Below are positions 63,654 through 64,000 of a stretch of DNA of 64,000 bases, piece after piece. Source of the DNA: a virus; IMG/VR virus record IMGVR_UViG_3300020000_000011, positions 1 to 64,000 of that record; one strand, 5' to 3'. How positions within the stretch are numbered: position 1 is the stretch's first letter; each line of letters begins with the position of its first letter. A program made the translations under genes and the position numbers. The notes beneath the pieces were generated by a model that worked only from the letters and a program-made list of their open reading frames with translations, was not told where the DNA came from and did not search any database.

Positions 63654-64000
63654 TGGGTGTGCTACGCGTCAAGGTCGCCGGGCAGTGGATCGACGTCGGC
63701 ACGTCGACGGTGGCGCTCGCCGCCGGGCGCAACCTGCTCGACAACGGCCAGATGGCCGTCAAGCAACGAGCCACGACCGGGTTCGCTCTCTCCAGTGCGC
63801 TGCAATTCCTGTCCGACCGGTGGGGGCTGTACAACAACGGCGTCGGTGTCATCAACGTCGGCGTCGCCGCGTTCGGTGCCGGTGCCCTCGCCGCTGGTCG
63901 GCCGCGTCCCGGCAACCAGCAATACTTCACGGTCGCCACCGGTGAGGCTGCCGGTGCGCTCGCCGTCGGCGATTACTGGCAGATCGCCCAAGGCATCGAG
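63653..64000 (+). CDS. receptor-binding protein paralogue 3 (runs off window end)
   Basis: MGVLRVKVAGQWIDVG, GRNLLDNGQMAVKQR..DRW. Confidence 0.75.
   Translation, partial: MGVLRVKVAGQWIDVGTSTVALAAGRNLLDNGQMAVKQRATTGFALSSALQFLSDRWGLYNNGVGVINVGVAAFGAGALAAGRPRPGNQQYFTVATGEAAGALAVGDYWQIAQGIE

Noticed and set aside
1-64000. Many long antisense/alternate-frame ORFs (e.g. 12455-14485 -, 14035-16212 +, 26316-28091 -, 53730-55559 -)
   Set aside because: Shadows of real genes caused by high GC and codon bias; Arg/Pro-rich or motif-less translations.
1-64000. CRISPR array
   Set aside because: No regularly spaced identical repeats with unique spacers were seen; the repeats found are coding (Thr-rich, collagen) or short promoter elements.
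60437-64000. Diversity-generating retroelement acting on the RBP paralogues
   Set aside because: No reverse transcriptase and no TR/VR pair differing only at adenines is visible in this window.

Overview
GC-rich 64-kb segment of a tailed dsDNA phage (siphovirus-like; host most likely an actinobacterium). It contains a lysis cassette (amidase endolysin, holin-like protein, collagen-like membrane protein), many small early genes behind a recurring phage promoter motif, three tRNAs plus one tRNA-like RNA, capsid maturation protease, scaffold-major capsid fusion, major tail protein, head-tail connectors, terminase large subunit, MuF, a MoxR-AAA/VWA module and a long tail-fibre/receptor-binding array that runs off the window end. 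No portal, tape measure, integrase or DNA polymerase was recognised here. The most notable element is a 17.6-kb block (12419-29994). Four of its proteins carry the same module: an (L/M)xAA-type site, then LHPRGxDG[KR][FW], then an SH3/KOW-like ~65-90 aa domain ending KA[RT]L. In three of the four this module is fused to recognisable enzymatic cargo: zincin protease + ADP-ribosyltransferase, zeta-like kinase + ParB/Srx, or HipA/PI3K-like kinase + putative ART. The xAA site resembles the scaffold/capsid junction, which suggests a modular, protease-matured, head-packaged effector delivery system. All protein family calls come from motif recognition by eye; no database searches were run.
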